Shown: positions 1 to 10,763, numbered from the stretch's first letter. The stretch: DNA of 64,000 bases from Candidatus Sericytochromatia bacterium (GCA_036676985.1 JAKFBU010000001.1:64001-128000), one strand, 5' to 3'. Notes: a model not told the origin generated them from the sequence alone. Program-made: numbers and translations.

Positions 1-2
1 TC

Positions 3-554
3 CTGGCCCTCATCACCGACCAGCCCTACGGTCTCAGCCGCCCCCGCTACATCCTCTACTGGATGGGACCGTCGACGGGCCAGCTGCGCGGCCGCGAGAC
101 CGGGGACGACCTGACCGTCCATCCGCTCTATCGCCTGGAGGCCTCGCCGTCCAGCAACGTCGCGGTCGCAAACCCCACCTCTTGGTACACCTTCGGCAAC
201 GCGATCAGCACCACGGCCGCGACCTCGGGCATCTACATCACCCTCCGGACGGGCTCCACCTCCACCATCCAGGACTTCTGGAGCAACGGGGTGCGCCGCA
301 ACTCGGTCACCGTCAACTACCGCCTCAACAAGATGGCCGACATCGTCATGGGCCGGGACATCAACGGTCCGTTCACCATCCGCAACGAGCACCCGTTCAG
401 CAATGCCTCGCTCCTGAGCCCCTACTCGGCGACCGTCTCCATCTCGACCTCCCGCGTCGGCAACTCCGGCAGCGTGCGGGGCAACAACGTGGACGTCTAC
501 ACCTTGACCACCAATGCCTATGCCCGCAACATCCCGCTTCCCCAGCAGAACTAA
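3..554 (+). CDS. 5'-truncated protein, probably a minor pilin/pseudopilin (PilW-like) of the adjacent cluster
   Basis: Frame is open from the window edge; Asn/Thr/Ser-rich beta-type sequence; directly upstream of two prepilin-motif genes. Confidence 0.5.
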   Translation: MALITDQPYGLSRPRYILYWMGPSTGQLRGRETGDDLTVHPLYRLEASPSSNVAVANPTSWYTFGNAISTTAATSGIYITLRTGSTSTIQDFWSNGVRRNSVTVNYRLNKMADIVMGRDINGPFTIRNEHPFSNASLLSPYSATVSISTSRVGNSGSVRGNNVDVYTLTTNAYARNIPLPQQN

Positions 555-570
555 GGAGGGCATCGTGCGC

Positions 571-1386
571 ATGAGGCAGTCCGACGCGGGGTTCACCCTC
601 ATCGAGGTCGCGGTCGCCGCGACCCTCATCGCGACCGTGCTCTTTGGCATGGGATCGGTCATGATGAACTACACCAACGCCCGCAACAAGGTCAGCGGCC
701 TGGCCGTCGCCCAGAACATCGTCCAGGCCGAGATCGACGACGTGCTCATGCACACGCAGATCGAGAACAGCCTGGTGAGCGACACCCGTGGTCGCAGCCG
801 CCCGGTCTACCTCGAGAACGGCAGCGCGAGCGTCCTGGTCTCCAACTACTGGTACCTCAACTTCCCGCGTTTCCCGACCAACCCGGTCATCGACCACAAC
901 ACCCAGGGCCAGACCTGGGGCATCAGCGTGGACAGCCTGGAGAGCCGCTTCGGCTCCACGCCCGGCAACCTGTATAACGCGGGCGGCACCCGCATCGCCG
1001 GTGCGAGCCCCGAAGACGAGCAGATCGCCTACATCGCGCGCCTGCAACTGTACGGAGCCCTCGGCCCGGTGAACAACGTAGAGACCTACATCAACGGGGC
1101 GACGTCGTCGGCCAACCCGAACGGCCAGTTCGTCGACACCATCACACGGCCCGCCTACCTGATCGCTGACACCTGCATCAACCAGGGCGGGGCCGCCATC
1201 GACAACTCGGACTCCGACGCCAACTTCAACAACTACCGGATCAAGATCCTGGTGGTGCGCGTGTACAACAAGAAGTACTACTTCGACGACAACGGCAACC
1301 GGGCCTCTTTCATCAAGCCCACGGGCGGCACCAAGCCCGAGATCACCCACAGCTACGCCGTGCTCAACGGTCGGATTCGGCTCTAA
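571..1386 (+). CDS. Prepilin-type N-terminal cleavage/methylation protein (PilV-like minor pilin)
   Basis: MRQSDAG|FTLIEVAVAATLIATVLFG class III signal with Glu5; AAGGAGG RBS at 553-559 (GTG at 565 is an alternative start). Confidence 0.85.
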   Translation: MRQSDAGFTLIEVAVAATLIATVLFGMGSVMMNYTNARNKVSGLAVAQNIVQAEIDDVLMHTQIENSLVSDTRGRSRPVYLENGSASVLVSNYWYLNFPRFPTNPVIDHNTQGQTWGISVDSLESRFGSTPGNLYNAGGTRIAGASPEDEQIAYIARLQLYGALGPVNNVETYINGATSSANPNGQFVDTITRPAYLIADTCINQGGAAIDNSDSDANFNNYRIKILVVRVYNKKYYFDDNGNRASFIKPTGGTKPEITHSYAVLNGRIRL

Positions 1387-1397
1387 GGACGGTGCAC

Positions 1398-3356
1398 ATG
1401 GTTCGGCAGCGGAAAGACCGGAAGAACGAACAGGGCTTCACCCTCGCCTTCACGATCATGCTCACGGTCGTGCTCAGCCTGGCGGCCGTGGCCATCATGG
1501 CCAAGGTCTTCGTCAGCACGCGGCAGTCCGGCTTCACCAAGGAGCGGCAGAACACCATGGACGCCGCGGTGATCGGCCTGAACATGGCGCTGGACGAGAT
1601 CTCTCCGGGCCTGGACCGCATGCGCAACGTCGTCTGGACCTCCGCGCCGTCGGACGTGAACGCCGGCGGCAACATCTATCCGCTCGCCACCTACACCCAG
1701 ACCCAGATGACGGCGGCCGGGGCGTCGACCAGCACCCCCGTGCGCCAGCTCAGCATGGTGGCCAACATCCGCAACTGGGAGGCCTTCGCCAACTGGTCCG
1801 GCACCACGACGGCCGACTGGAACAAGGGCTGGGCCTACGTCGCAAGCGCCTCGACGGTCCAGTACTTCGACGCCGCACCGGGACAGACGGGCCGCGCCAC
1901 GGTCAGCATCGGCAACGAGAACACGACGGGCGCCTACTGGTACAAGCAGATCGAGCCCAAGCCCCCAGTCCTCACGAACGGGGGCCCGGACGTGCCGGTC
2001 CTGCCGAACGGCAGCAAGATCTGGCCCAACGCCCGCGGCGGCGGGATCTACGGCAACGAGTACCCCTACGGCGTCTTCTGCCAGCCGGTCTTGCGCAAGG
2101 TCTTCCAGGTCCGCCAGAACCCCATCGTGCGCGTGGCGGTCTACGTCCGCCTTTCCCTGCAGGATTACTACGGCCCCGAGATCGCCGGCGGCCAGGTGAC
2201 CTACCGCAACGTGGGACTGGACGGACGAACCATCCCCACCGGTACGCCCGGGATGGATGCGGCCTCGGCCTCGTTCGACGGTCGCAACTTCCTCGAGACC
2301 AACGCCGTCACATTCTCGATCTTCGCTGTCAGCGAGGGGTCCGGCGACTCGAAGGGCGTTCGTATCCACCAGGCACTGAACATCAACCTGGGCGGCGCGG
2401 AGTACATTTCCGGGGCCTCGCCGCGGCTATCGAACGGGCAGAACATGAATGCCAACGGCCTCGAGAACGTCAACCGCCTGTTCCTGGCGGGCGGCGGCGC
2501 GACGCCGTATGCGCATCGCTTGATCCCCTACTTCGCCCCGACGCTCGATACGCCGAGCGGCAACAACCAGCTGACGGCCTACTCGTCGATCACGGGCCAG
2601 GTCTATCCGGCCTCGTCGGATCTGAGCTTCAACTTCGCGACACGCCCGGCCACCGAAAGCGTCGTCTTCCTGTATGAGCACATCAAGCTCGTCGGCGCCG
2701 ACAACGCCAACGTCGTCTTCCTGATCGAGCAGATTCCGCCGGGCGTCAACGGGACGAACCGCTACTGGCGCCGGCGGCTGCTGTTCGACGGCCCGCGAGG
2801 CTTCAGCAGCCCCCTCTGGGAACAGTTCGTGGGTCAGGGCTACAACGCGAACCAAGCCATGATGTTCAATCGGGCCTCCTACTCCATCGACCCATGGACC
2901 AGCACGGCGGGCTTCCCGTCCATGCTCTACTGGGCCAACAAGGTCGCGAGCAACCTGGCCGGCAACCTGGTCCCCATCGCCCCGGGCGAGGAGCACTTCT
3001 TCGCCCCCAGCAACCTGGACCGGACGGATGCCCAGCGCTATCCCTTCACGGCCCGGCTGGACCGGTTCGGAACGTTCACCGTCGGTACGCAGTCGGCGAC
3101 GGACTTCGGAGTGCCGGCCGCCGACGCGCGAGGCGACGTCGTCACCTGGCCGAACAACCCCCTGCTCGACTACCGAGGCACCCGCCTGGCCGCGAGCATG
3201 CCATGGCAAGGCCCGACGGTCCCGGTCTCGACGGCCGTGGCGACGGTCTCCTACGTGGCGACGACCTGGCCCAAGAATGCCTGGTCGACCATCTGGACAG
3301 GCCAGGGCGGAGGCATCGGCCTGCCCTTCACGGCGGCGACCTGGAGCGTGTTCTAG
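1398..3356 (+). CDS. Large PilX/GspK-like minor pilin
   Basis: KNEQG|FTLAFTIMLTVVLSLAAVAIM class III signal lacking Glu5 (PilX/GspK hallmark); long Asn/Gly/Thr-rich C-terminal region. Confidence 0.7.
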   Translation: MVRQRKDRKNEQGFTLAFTIMLTVVLSLAAVAIMAKVFVSTRQSGFTKERQNTMDAAVIGLNMALDEISPGLDRMRNVVWTSAPSDVNAGGNIYPLATYTQTQMTAAGASTSTPVRQLSMVANIRNWEAFANWSGTTTADWNKGWAYVASASTVQYFDAAPGQTGRATVSIGNENTTGAYWYKQIEPKPPVLTNGGPDVPVLPNGSKIWPNARGGGIYGNEYPYGVFCQPVLRKVFQVRQNPIVRVAVYVRLSLQDYYGPEIAGGQVTYRNVGLDGRTIPTGTPGMDAASASFDGRNFLETNAVTFSIFAVSEGSGDSKGVRIHQALNINLGGAEYISGASPRLSNGQNMNANGLENVNRLFLAGGGATPYAHRLIPYFAPTLDTPSGNNQLTAYSSITGQVYPASSDLSFNFATRPATESVVFLYEHIKLVGADNANVVFLIEQIPPGVNGTNRYWRRRLLFDGPRGFSSPLWEQFVGQGYNANQAMMFNRASYSIDPWTSTAGFPSMLYWANKVASNLAGNLVPIAPGEEHFFAPSNLDRTDAQRYPFTARLDRFGTFTVGTQSATDFGVPAADARGDVVTWPNNPLLDYRGTRLAASMPWQGPTVPVSTAVATVSYVATTWPKNAWSTIWTGQGGGIGLPFTAATWSVF

Positions 3357-3419
3357 GACCGACGGCAAGCGGAGGATCTGCTAGACTGGGGCCACCTTGC
3401 GCGTCATAGGAGGCCCCGG

Positions 3420-4148
3420 ATGATCCCCCTGCACGACGACATCCCCTCGCCACGAGTTCCGGTCGTCAACTATGCCCTCATCGTCTTGAACGTCGTGGCC
3501 TTCCTGCACGAGCTCACGCTCGGGCCGGCCATCGAGGCGTTCTTCCGGCAGTGGGCGGTCGTTCCGCGCGAGGTGACGACCGCCTGGCTGCAGCTGACCC
3601 ATGGCGTCATCCAGACGGACGTGTGGCTGACGGTGCTGACGGCCATGTTCCTGCACGGGGGATGGCTGCACCTGTTGGGGAACATGCTCTCCCTGTGGAT
3701 CTTCGGGGACAACGTGGAGGGGCGGCTCGGCCACGTGGGCTTCCTGCTCTTCTACCTGTTCGCGGGGGCGGTGGCCACCCTCCTCCAGGTGGCCGTCAAC
3801 CCCATGAGCACGATCCCGAACCTGGGGGCGAGCGGGGCGATCGCGGGCGTCCTCGGCTGTTATCTCATCCTGTTTCCGGACGCCCGGGTCCTGACGCTGG
3901 TCCCGCTGGGCTTCTTCCTCACGACCATCCGCATCTGGGCCTGGATCTACCTGGTGCTGTGGTTCGCCATCCAGGCCGTCCAGGGCGTCTCCATGCTCGC
4001 GCCCGCCCGGGCCGACGTCGGGGGCGTGGCCTGGTGGGCGCACATCGGCGGGTTCGTGGTCGGGATCGCCGTGGGGGTCGCGAGCCGGGCCACGCGTAGG
4101 CCGCCGCCGCGCAACCCCTATGCGGATCGGTGGTACTCGAACCGCTAG
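3420..4148 (+). CDS. Rhomboid family intramembrane serine protease
   Basis: MFLHGGWLHLLGNM, GASGAIAG (catalytic Ser) and AWWAHIGGF (catalytic His); AGGAGG RBS. Confidence 0.95.
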   Translation: MIPLHDDIPSPRVPVVNYALIVLNVVAFLHELTLGPAIEAFFRQWAVVPREVTTAWLQLTHGVIQTDVWLTVLTAMFLHGGWLHLLGNMLSLWIFGDNVEGRLGHVGFLLFYLFAGAVATLLQVAVNPMSTIPNLGASGAIAGVLGCYLILFPDARVLTLVPLGFFLTTIRIWAWIYLVLWFAIQAVQGVSMLAPARADVGGVAWWAHIGGFVVGIAVGVASRATRRPPPRNPYADRWYSNR

Positions 4149-4891
4149 GGCTCTTCCTCGGGGGGCGGAGTGGGCGTCGGCCCCTGGTAGTCGAGATCCA
4201 GGTTGCGCCGCTCGCTGGTGCCCGTCCCGCCGCCGCCGGCATCCAGCTCCACCTCCCACTGGTAGTTGCCGGGCTGGGTGGCCTGGTCGAGGGTGGTCAC
4301 GGGCGTGGTGGTCCAGCCGCTCGTCCAGATGGGATCGGGCTTCGTCACCCCGGCGCTGCGGTCGTAGATCCGCACCCGGTAGTGCGACGCCTCGCGGTGC
4401 GTGTGCCAGTGGAAGGGCAGCGGGAACGTCTTGGAGTAGGTGTTCGACTTGCCCGACTCCGGGTAGATGAGGCCGTTGTAGGCCACGTCGAAGGGGGCGA
4501 GGCGCGCCCCGCCACCGCCGATGCTCACGTCCTTGGTGATCCAGCTCCCGACGTGCTTGGGCCCGATCTGCGTGCCGCCCACGAGCACCACCGAGGAGGC
4601 CAGGTCGAAGCGCACCCGGTACTGGCCGCCCTTGAGGCGCTCGAAGCGGTACTGGCCCGTGGAGTCGGTGGTCGAGACGGCGGTCGCGCCGTTCACCTGG
4701 TAGGCCGTCCAGCGCTCGTTGGCGACCGTCTGCAGGCTCACGGTGATCCCGGAGGCGGGCTTGCCGTCGAAGCGGACCTCGCCGACGATGACGCCCGCGG
4801 GTACCCCGCTCAGGAGGTCGCAGCCCGAGGCCAGCCCCAGGAGAACCGGCGCCGCGAGCCACGCCATGCGCCAGCCCCGCGCCGCCCGCAT
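4145..4891 (-). CDS. Lipoprotein with carboxypeptidase-regulatory-like (Ig/prealbumin) domain
   Basis: Lipobox LASGC; TTDSTGQYRFERLKGGQYRVRF motif; start is approximate. Confidence 0.7.
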   Translation of the reverse strand: MRAARGWRMAWLAAPVLLGLASGCDLLSGVPAGVIVGEVRFDGKPASGITVSLQTVANERWTAYQVNGATAVSTTDSTGQYRFERLKGGQYRVRFDLASSVVLVGGTQIGPKHVGSWITKDVSIGGGGARLAPFDVAYNGLIYPESGKSNTYSKTFPLPFHWHTHREASHYRVRIYDRSAGVTKPDPIWTSGWTTTPVTTLDQATQPGNYQWEVELDAGGGGTGTSERRNLDLDYQGPTPTPPPEEEP

Positions 4892-4919
4892 GGCGACGTC
4901 CGTGGAAGGGTCCTGCCCG

Positions 4920-6437
4920 CTAGAAGTCCGTGCCGGTCGAGATGGCGTACCCGATGCCATCGTAGTCACCCATCAGGACGTTCGACTGCATGTTCAGCTC
5001 GAAGGTGAGGCTGGGCATCAGGGGGTTCGGAATGCCGAGCTGCACCGTCCAACCCGCCTTGGTACCCAGGAGCGAGCCCGGGCCCTGCTGGCCATTGGCG
5101 GCGAAGATGGTCTCGGGCTCCTTGGCGCCCACCAGCACCGACGGGATCCAGCCCTGGGCCGGGTAGAAGAAGTAGCCCGTGGGGATGATCTCACCGGTGG
5201 TCATGTCCGCGTCGGACTTGTAGGTCATGCCCAGGCACAGCTCGGAGCCGCCGAAGGGGCTGGTGATGAAGTTGACGCCGGCCTTGGGCGTGATCTTGGT
5301 GCCGGAGTAGGTCATGCCGCCCTGCAGGCTCAGGCCCAGCTTGTCGCTGCCGAGGTTGAGGGCCGCGGCCGCGTGGTAGGTGGGGTCGCCTTCCAGGTTG
5401 ACGTTGCCGATCGAGTTGTGGTCGGCGTCGGCCACCAGGCGCACGTCGCCGAGACCTCCCAGGTCCAGGGAGGCGCCGCCGTAGACGAACTGGGTGTTCA
5501 CGCCGAGGCCGTAGCCGAGGGCACCGGTCTTGAACTTGGCGCCGATGCCGATGTCGTTGCTTCCGAGCCGCACGGTGTTGCCAGACGGCCCCGAGAGGCC
5601 CGAGCCGATGATGCCGTCCCCGTAGTGGCTGGCGAAGCCGCCCAGACCCACCAGCGCCCCGCCCGGAAAGAAGCCCACCCGGAAGCTCGCGTCGCCCAAG
5701 GACGGGATCTTGGTGGTGATGCGGGTGTTGGCGTTGAGGTACATCAGGCCGTCCGGCAAGCCCTTGTCCTTCAGGTCGCCGCGCGTGAAGACCGGCGTAC
5801 CGCCCGAGGCCGCGGCCGGCTTGCCGCCGCCGATGGAGGCGCTGATGCTCGTGTTCTCGTCGATCTCGCTCGCGAACTTGACCTCGAAGCCCGAGGTGAC
5901 GTGCGGCTTGAGGCGATCCTCGGGATCGTCCTGCATGGTCACGCCGATCCAGCCGTGCACCTTGTCGCCGCCGCCGGCCTTGGACTTGAGGTCCTTGAGG
6001 GCCGACTCGACGGTCTTGGAGTTGTCCTCCAGCTGGACCAGGCGGGTGTGGAGGTCGCGCAGCTCCACCTTGAACTCGTCCTTGAGGCGATCGACCAGCT
6101 TGGCGTCCCCGGGCGTCGGGGGCGTGCCGCGGGTCTCCATGCTGTCCAGCCGGCTCATGAGGGTCGAGAGCACGGCCGCCAGCTCGTAGCGACTGACGGG
6201 CTTGGCGCCCCGGAAGGTCTTGTCGGGATAGCCGCCCATCAGGCGGTACTTCTCGACCAGGGACTGGATCGCGCCGTAGGCCCAGTGATTAGGCGCCAGA
6301 TCGACCAACTGCGCGACCTTGAGCATCCCCTTGGTGGCAGCAGCATCCGACTGGGCGACGGCCGGCGCCTGCAGCGCCAACAACGACACGGTGGCCGCCG
6401 CGGCAACGGTCAGGTGGCCCTGGAACCTCGGTCTCAA
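4920..6437 (-). CDS. S-layer homology domain outer-membrane porin-like protein
   Basis: Signal peptide; SLH motif DLAPNHWAYGAIQSLVEKY..GYPDKTFRG..VSRYELA; coiled coil; beta-rich C-terminus ending in Phe; TTG start after AGGAGG. Confidence 0.85.
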   Translation of the reverse strand: MRPRFQGHLTVAAAATVSLLALQAPAVAQSDAAATKGMLKVAQLVDLAPNHWAYGAIQSLVEKYRLMGGYPDKTFRGAKPVSRYELAAVLSTLMSRLDSMETRGTPPTPGDAKLVDRLKDEFKVELRDLHTRLVQLEDNSKTVESALKDLKSKAGGGDKVHGWIGVTMQDDPEDRLKPHVTSGFEVKFASEIDENTSISASIGGGKPAAASGGTPVFTRGDLKDKGLPDGLMYLNANTRITTKIPSLGDASFRVGFFPGGALVGLGGFASHYGDGIIGSGLSGPSGNTVRLGSNDIGIGAKFKTGALGYGLGVNTQFVYGGASLDLGGLGDVRLVADADHNSIGNVNLEGDPTYHAAAALNLGSDKLGLSLQGGMTYSGTKITPKAGVNFITSPFGGSELCLGMTYKSDADMTTGEIIPTGYFFYPAQGWIPSVLVGAKEPETIFAANGQQGPGSLLGTKAGWTVQLGIPNPLMPSLTFELNMQSNVLMGDYDGIGYAISTGTDF

Positions 6438-6863
6438 TGAACTGCCTCCTATTGGTCGCATGGTCTTTGCACCACGCTAGCGCTTCGCGCGCGGGCGATC
6501 TGTGATGAATGCAACCCCCGAGGCCCGGCTGGTCCACCGAAAGCTCGTAGGGCAGGCGATCTCCGGGGCATTATTCCGCACGGTAGGTCGGTTATAACAG
6601 GGCCCAGGTTAAAACTTGCTTTCCATCCAGGCTCCTGTCCGGGTCCAGACGAGCAAGGCCCCCGGGGCCGCGCGGGATCCCGCGCCGCTCCCCCCGGATC
6701 CGGCCCCTCGCCTGATCATGTTGCACGAACGGGCGAGCGCGCTTTCGGCGAACCTTCCATACCCCCGGAATGGCCCGGTTGCTACCCTGGGTCTCGACCC
6801 GGACCCAAGGGGTCATCGTTGCAGAGTCACCCAAGCGAACGCCCAAGAGGAGTGAGCCGACCC

Positions 6864-7079
6864 ATGGATGAGGAGCTGATCTGGTTGGAAGGTGGTCTCG
6901 AGACCCTCGAAGAGGCCTCGGAGGTCGACTGGCGGGACGTGTGCGAGCACTTCGAGAACGGCGAGTGCCTGCAGATGGGAGCGCCCTGTCCGGTGCGCGG
7001 CAACCTCCAGAGCGTCGCATGCCTCCTGGCCGACGAGGGGTTCGGCGAAGAGGAGGAAGAATGGCCCGAGGCCTCCTAG
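6864..7079 (+). CDS. Small acidic four-cysteine protein
   Basis: GAGGAG RBS upstream of ATG 6864; 71 aa with CEHFENGECLQMGAPCP...C; codon usage typical of the genome. Confidence 0.6.
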   Translation: MDEELIWLEGGLETLEEASEVDWRDVCEHFENGECLQMGAPCPVRGNLQSVACLLADEGFGEEEEEWPEAS

Positions 7080-7180
7080 GCCTCACAGGCGGGCGGAGTG
7101 CCGCCCAGGCTAGGCAACCGACCTGGCGGGAGGTATCATGGCGGGCACGATAGCGTGCATCCACCCGCGCGGAGGGCCTA

Positions 7181-8290
7181 GTGCTCGACGAGACGCCCGA
7201 CGTCCGCCTGGCGGACCTGGTTCGGACCACCCCCACCCTGCATCCCGAAGACAGTCTGAGCAAGGCGCTGCACCAGCTGCGCCTGTCTCCGGCCCACGCC
7301 CTGCCCGTCGTCGCCGATGGCCGGCTCCTGGGGGTGGTGGCCGAGGTGGACCTGCTGGAGGCCCTGCACCGCGCGGGGGGTTCCTTGGCCGCGGGGCTCG
7401 ACAGCGTGAGCGTCGCCGCGGCCATGACCCGCGAGGTGACCACCGGCAGCTCCCTGTCCTCGATCGCGAGCGCCTGGGAGACCATGGCCACGGGCCGCAT
7501 CAAGCTCCTGCCCGTCGTCGACGAGGCGGGGCGCTTCAGCGGGGTCGTCTCCCGCAACGACCTGTTGGCGGCCATGCACCGCGACCTGCGCCCGCAGGCG
7601 GTGGGCGGCCTCGCCACGCCGCTCGGCGTGTACCTCACCACCGGGGATCACCGGGCGGGAGCGGGCGACTTCGGCCTCTTCCTGACCGGGGTGGTCATGG
7701 CGCTCTGCCACCTGGTGGTCGTCAACGTGCTCGAGGGCTTCGCCCTGACGCAGGGCTATGCCCTGCCCGCCTGGCCCACGGCCGTCGCCGAGTTCCTGTT
7801 GTACCTCTTCCTGTTGCGCCTGACGCCGCTCTCGGGCTTCCATGCCGCCGAGCACCAGGTCGTGCACCTGATCGAGCGGGGCGAGCCCCTGGTCATGCGC
7901 AACCTCCAGCGCCAGCCCCGCGAGCATCCGCGCTGCGGCACCAACCTGGTCGCGCTCATCTTCGGCGCCCAGCTGCTCTTGCCCATCGCCACCAACCCGG
8001 CCGTGGCCATGGGCTCGGCTCTGTTGCTGTTTCTGGCATGGCGCCGCATGGGCTGGGCGTTCCAGCGCGCCTTCACCACCAAGCCCGCGAGCGAGTTGCA
8101 GCTGCGGAGCGCGATCGCCGCGGGCCGCACCCTGCTCGCGGCCTACGGGGCCCGTCCCAGCCACCGCGCCACGCGCCTCCAGCGCCTCTGGGCGAGCGGT
8201 TTCCTGCAGATGGTCGCGGGCTTCCTGGTGGTGCACCTCGTGGTACAATGCCTGAATGCGTTGTTCCCGCAACTCGGCGTGCTCGCTTGA
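7181..8290 (+). CDS. CBS-pair + DUF1385-like membrane putative metallopeptidase
   Basis: Two CBS motifs (LPVVADGRLLGVV, LPVVDEAGRFSGVV) followed by FHAAEHQVVH and HPRCGTN (DUF1385 motifs). Confidence 0.8.
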   Translation: MLDETPDVRLADLVRTTPTLHPEDSLSKALHQLRLSPAHALPVVADGRLLGVVAEVDLLEALHRAGGSLAAGLDSVSVAAAMTREVTTGSSLSSIASAWETMATGRIKLLPVVDEAGRFSGVVSRNDLLAAMHRDLRPQAVGGLATPLGVYLTTGDHRAGAGDFGLFLTGVVMALCHLVVVNVLEGFALTQGYALPAWPTAVAEFLLYLFLLRLTPLSGFHAAEHQVVHLIERGEPLVMRNLQRQPREHPRCGTNLVALIFGAQLLLPIATNPAVAMGSALLLFLAWRRMGWAFQRAFTTKPASELQLRSAIAAGRTLLAAYGARPSHRATRLQRLWASGFLQMVAGFLVVHLVVQCLNALFPQLGVLA

Positions 8291-8313
8291 TTTCAGGCTG
8301 AAAGGATCTCGGA

Positions 8314-9405
8314 ATGACTGACCTGCAGCGGTATCTCTTGGTCGCAGCAATTATCGCGGTGCTGATCCTGATCCATGAGGCCGGCCACTTCCTGTGCGCC
8401 AAGGCGCTGCGGATCCCGGTGCGCGAGTTCGCGCTCGGGTTCGGCCCCAAGCTGTTCGGCTTCCGCTGGAACGAGACGGACGTGCGGCTCAACTTGCTGC
8501 CCTTGGGCGGCTACTGCGCCTTTCTCGACGACGACAAGACCGGCGAGTACGCCGAGGACGATCCGCGCCTCCTGCGCAACCGGCCCGTGTGGCAGCGCTT
8601 CATCGTCGTCAGCGGCGGCGTGTTCTTCAACTACGTCTCGGCCTTCTTGATCCTGCTGGTCACGGCCTTCACCATCGGCTTCGTGCAGTTCAAGGTCGGC
8701 GACCTCCAGGTCACGCAGGTCATGCCGGCGCAGCCCGCCGAGCAGGCTGGGTTCAAGGCCGGCGACAAGGTGATCTCGGTCGGCGCCAAGTCCATCGAGG
8801 CCCCCGACGACTTCATCGCCGCGGTGCGCGAGCGCGCGGGCCAGCCGACCCAGGTCGTGGTCGCGCGCGGGAGCGAGCAGCAGACGCTGACGGTCACGCC
8901 CAACGCCCAGGGCAAGATCGGCGTCGGCATCCAGCCCAGTTACGTGTCGCGCGAGTACAAGCGCCCCGACAACCCGTTCATGGCGGCCGTCGGCACCACC
9001 GGCCACATGACCGTCCAGACCGTCGACGGCTTCGCCAAGCTCGTCACGGGCAAGATGAACGTCAACGACCTGGGCGGCGTCATCGAGATCGGCCGCGCGG
9101 GCGCCTACGTCGCCAAGAACGACGTGCGCGACATGCTGAGCTTCATGGCCCTCATCTCGATCGGCCTGGCGGTCATGAACGTGCTGCCCCTGCCCGCCCT
9201 CGACGGCGGCCACATGGTCTTCCTCCTGATCGAGGCCATCCGGCGCCGTCCGGTGCCCAAGCGCATCGAGGAGCCCATCCAGCAGGGCGGCCTGGTGCTC
9301 CTCCTGGGCCTCATGACCCTCCTGCTCGTCAAGGACATCGTCCGACCCATCAAGTACCCCGAGCTGCCGAGCCCGAGCCCGGCGGTGTCCGCCCCCCAGA
9401 AGTAA
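8314..9405 (+). CDS. rseP: RIP metalloprotease RseP (M50) with PDZ domain
   Basis: HEAGH, LPLGGYC, PDZ region, NVLPLPALDGGH. Confidence 0.93.
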   Translation: MTDLQRYLLVAAIIAVLILIHEAGHFLCAKALRIPVREFALGFGPKLFGFRWNETDVRLNLLPLGGYCAFLDDDKTGEYAEDDPRLLRNRPVWQRFIVVSGGVFFNYVSAFLILLVTAFTIGFVQFKVGDLQVTQVMPAQPAEQAGFKAGDKVISVGAKSIEAPDDFIAAVRERAGQPTQVVVARGSEQQTLTVTPNAQGKIGVGIQPSYVSREYKRPDNPFMAAVGTTGHMTVQTVDGFAKLVTGKMNVNDLGGVIEIGRAGAYVAKNDVRDMLSFMALISIGLAVMNVLPLPALDGGHMVFLLIEAIRRRPVPKRIEEPIQQGGLVLLLGLMTLLLVKDIVRPIKYPELPSPSPAVSAPQK

Positions 9406-9456
9406 CGGAACCCACCTCGCCCGCACCGTCGTCCTCGCATCGAAAGGATCCCGTCC

Positions 9457-10758
9457 GTGACTCAAGCCGCTCATCCCACCACCCGCTCCCAGGCCCTGTG
9501 GGCCGAGGCCCAGACCCTGATGCCCGGCGGCGTCAACTCGCCGGTGCGCGCGTTCAAGTCGGTGGGCGGCGATCCCGTCTTCATCGACCGGGCCGAGGGC
9601 GCCTACATGTGGGACGCGGACGGCAACCGCTACGTGGACTACATCGGTAGCTGGGGCCCCATGATCCTCGGCCACGGCCACCCGGCGGTCAAAGAGGCGC
9701 TGCATGCGGCCCTCGAGCGCGGCACGACCTACGGCGCGCCCTCTGCCGGCGAGGTGGAGCTTGCCAAGCTCATCTCTGAGGCCGTGCCCTCCATCGAGAT
9801 GGTGCGGCTCGTCAACTCGGGCACCGAGGCGACCATGAGCGCCCTGCGCCTGGCGCGCGCCTTCACTGGCCGCGAGAAGATCGTCAAGTTCGTGGGCTGC
9901 TACCACGGCCACGCGGACATGCTCCTGGTCCAGGCCGGCAGCGGCGTGGCGACCCTCGGCCTGCCCGACAGCCCGGGCGTGACCAAGGGGGCCGTCGCAA
10001 GCACCCTGACGGTGCCCTTCAACGATCCGGCCGCCCTCGACGCGGTCTTCGCGGCGAACGCCGACTCGATCGCGGCCGTGATCGTGGAGCCCGTGGTCGG
10101 CAACGCCGGCACCCTGCCGCCCGAGCCGGGCTTCCTGGAGCACCTGCGGGCCGTGACGAGCCGCTACGGCGCGCTGCTCATCTTCGACGAGGTCATGACG
10201 GGCTTCCGGGTCGCTTACGGCGGCGCCCAGGAGCGCTACGGCATCAAGCCCGACCTGACCTGCCTCGGCAAGGTCATCGGCGGCGGGCTGCCGGTGGGCG
10301 CCTACGGCGGCCGCAAGGACATCATGCAGCTGGTGGCACCCGCGGGCCCCATGTACCAGGCGGGCACGCTCTCGGGCAACCCCATGGCCACCGCCGCGGG
10401 CATCGCCACCCTCAAGGTCCTGCGCGAGCCCGGCACCTACGAGAAGCTCGAGGCCGCGACCAAGACCCTCACGGCCGGCCTGAAGGAGGCCGCGGACGCG
10501 GCGGGCGTGCCCGTCACCATCAACCAGGTGGGGGCCATGTTCACGCTGTTCTTCGCCGCGGGCCCGATCAAGGACTGGGACACGGCCAAGGTCGCGGACA
10601 CGAGCAAGTTCGGCGCCTACTTCCGCGCCATGCTGCAGGCGGGCGTGTACCTCGCCCCGTCCCAGTTCGAGGCCGCCTTCATGTCGCTCGCCCACACCGA
10701 TCAGGAGATCGAACTCACCCTGCGGGCCGCCCGCGCGGCCTTCAACAGTCTGAGGTAA
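9457..10758 (+). CDS. hemL: Glutamate-1-semialdehyde 2,1-aminomutase
   Basis: [47 protein letters not shown]. Confidence 0.98.
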   Translation: MTQAAHPTTRSQALWAEAQTLMPGGVNSPVRAFKSVGGDPVFIDRAEGAYMWDADGNRYVDYIGSWGPMILGHGHPAVKEALHAALERGTTYGAPSAGEVELAKLISEAVPSIEMVRLVNSGTEATMSALRLARAFTGREKIVKFVGCYHGHADMLLVQAGSGVATLGLPDSPGVTKGAVASTLTVPFNDPAALDAVFAANADSIAAVIVEPVVGNAGTLPPEPGFLEHLRAVTSRYGALLIFDEVMTGFRVAYGGAQERYGIKPDLTCLGKVIGGGLPVGAYGGRKDIMQLVAPAGPMYQAGTLSGNPMATAAGIATLKVLREPGTYEKLEAATKTLTAGLKEAADAAGVPVTINQVGAMFTLFFAAGPIKDWDTAKVADTSKFGAYFRAMLQAGVYLAPSQFEAAFMSLAHTDQEIELTLRAARAAFNSLR

Positions 10759-10763
10759 CGCCC

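Noticed and set aside
6470-6860. GC-rich palindromes in the intergenic region upstream of the SLH porin
   Set aside because: No recognisable riboswitch or ncRNA consensus; short stems are expected by chance at this GC content
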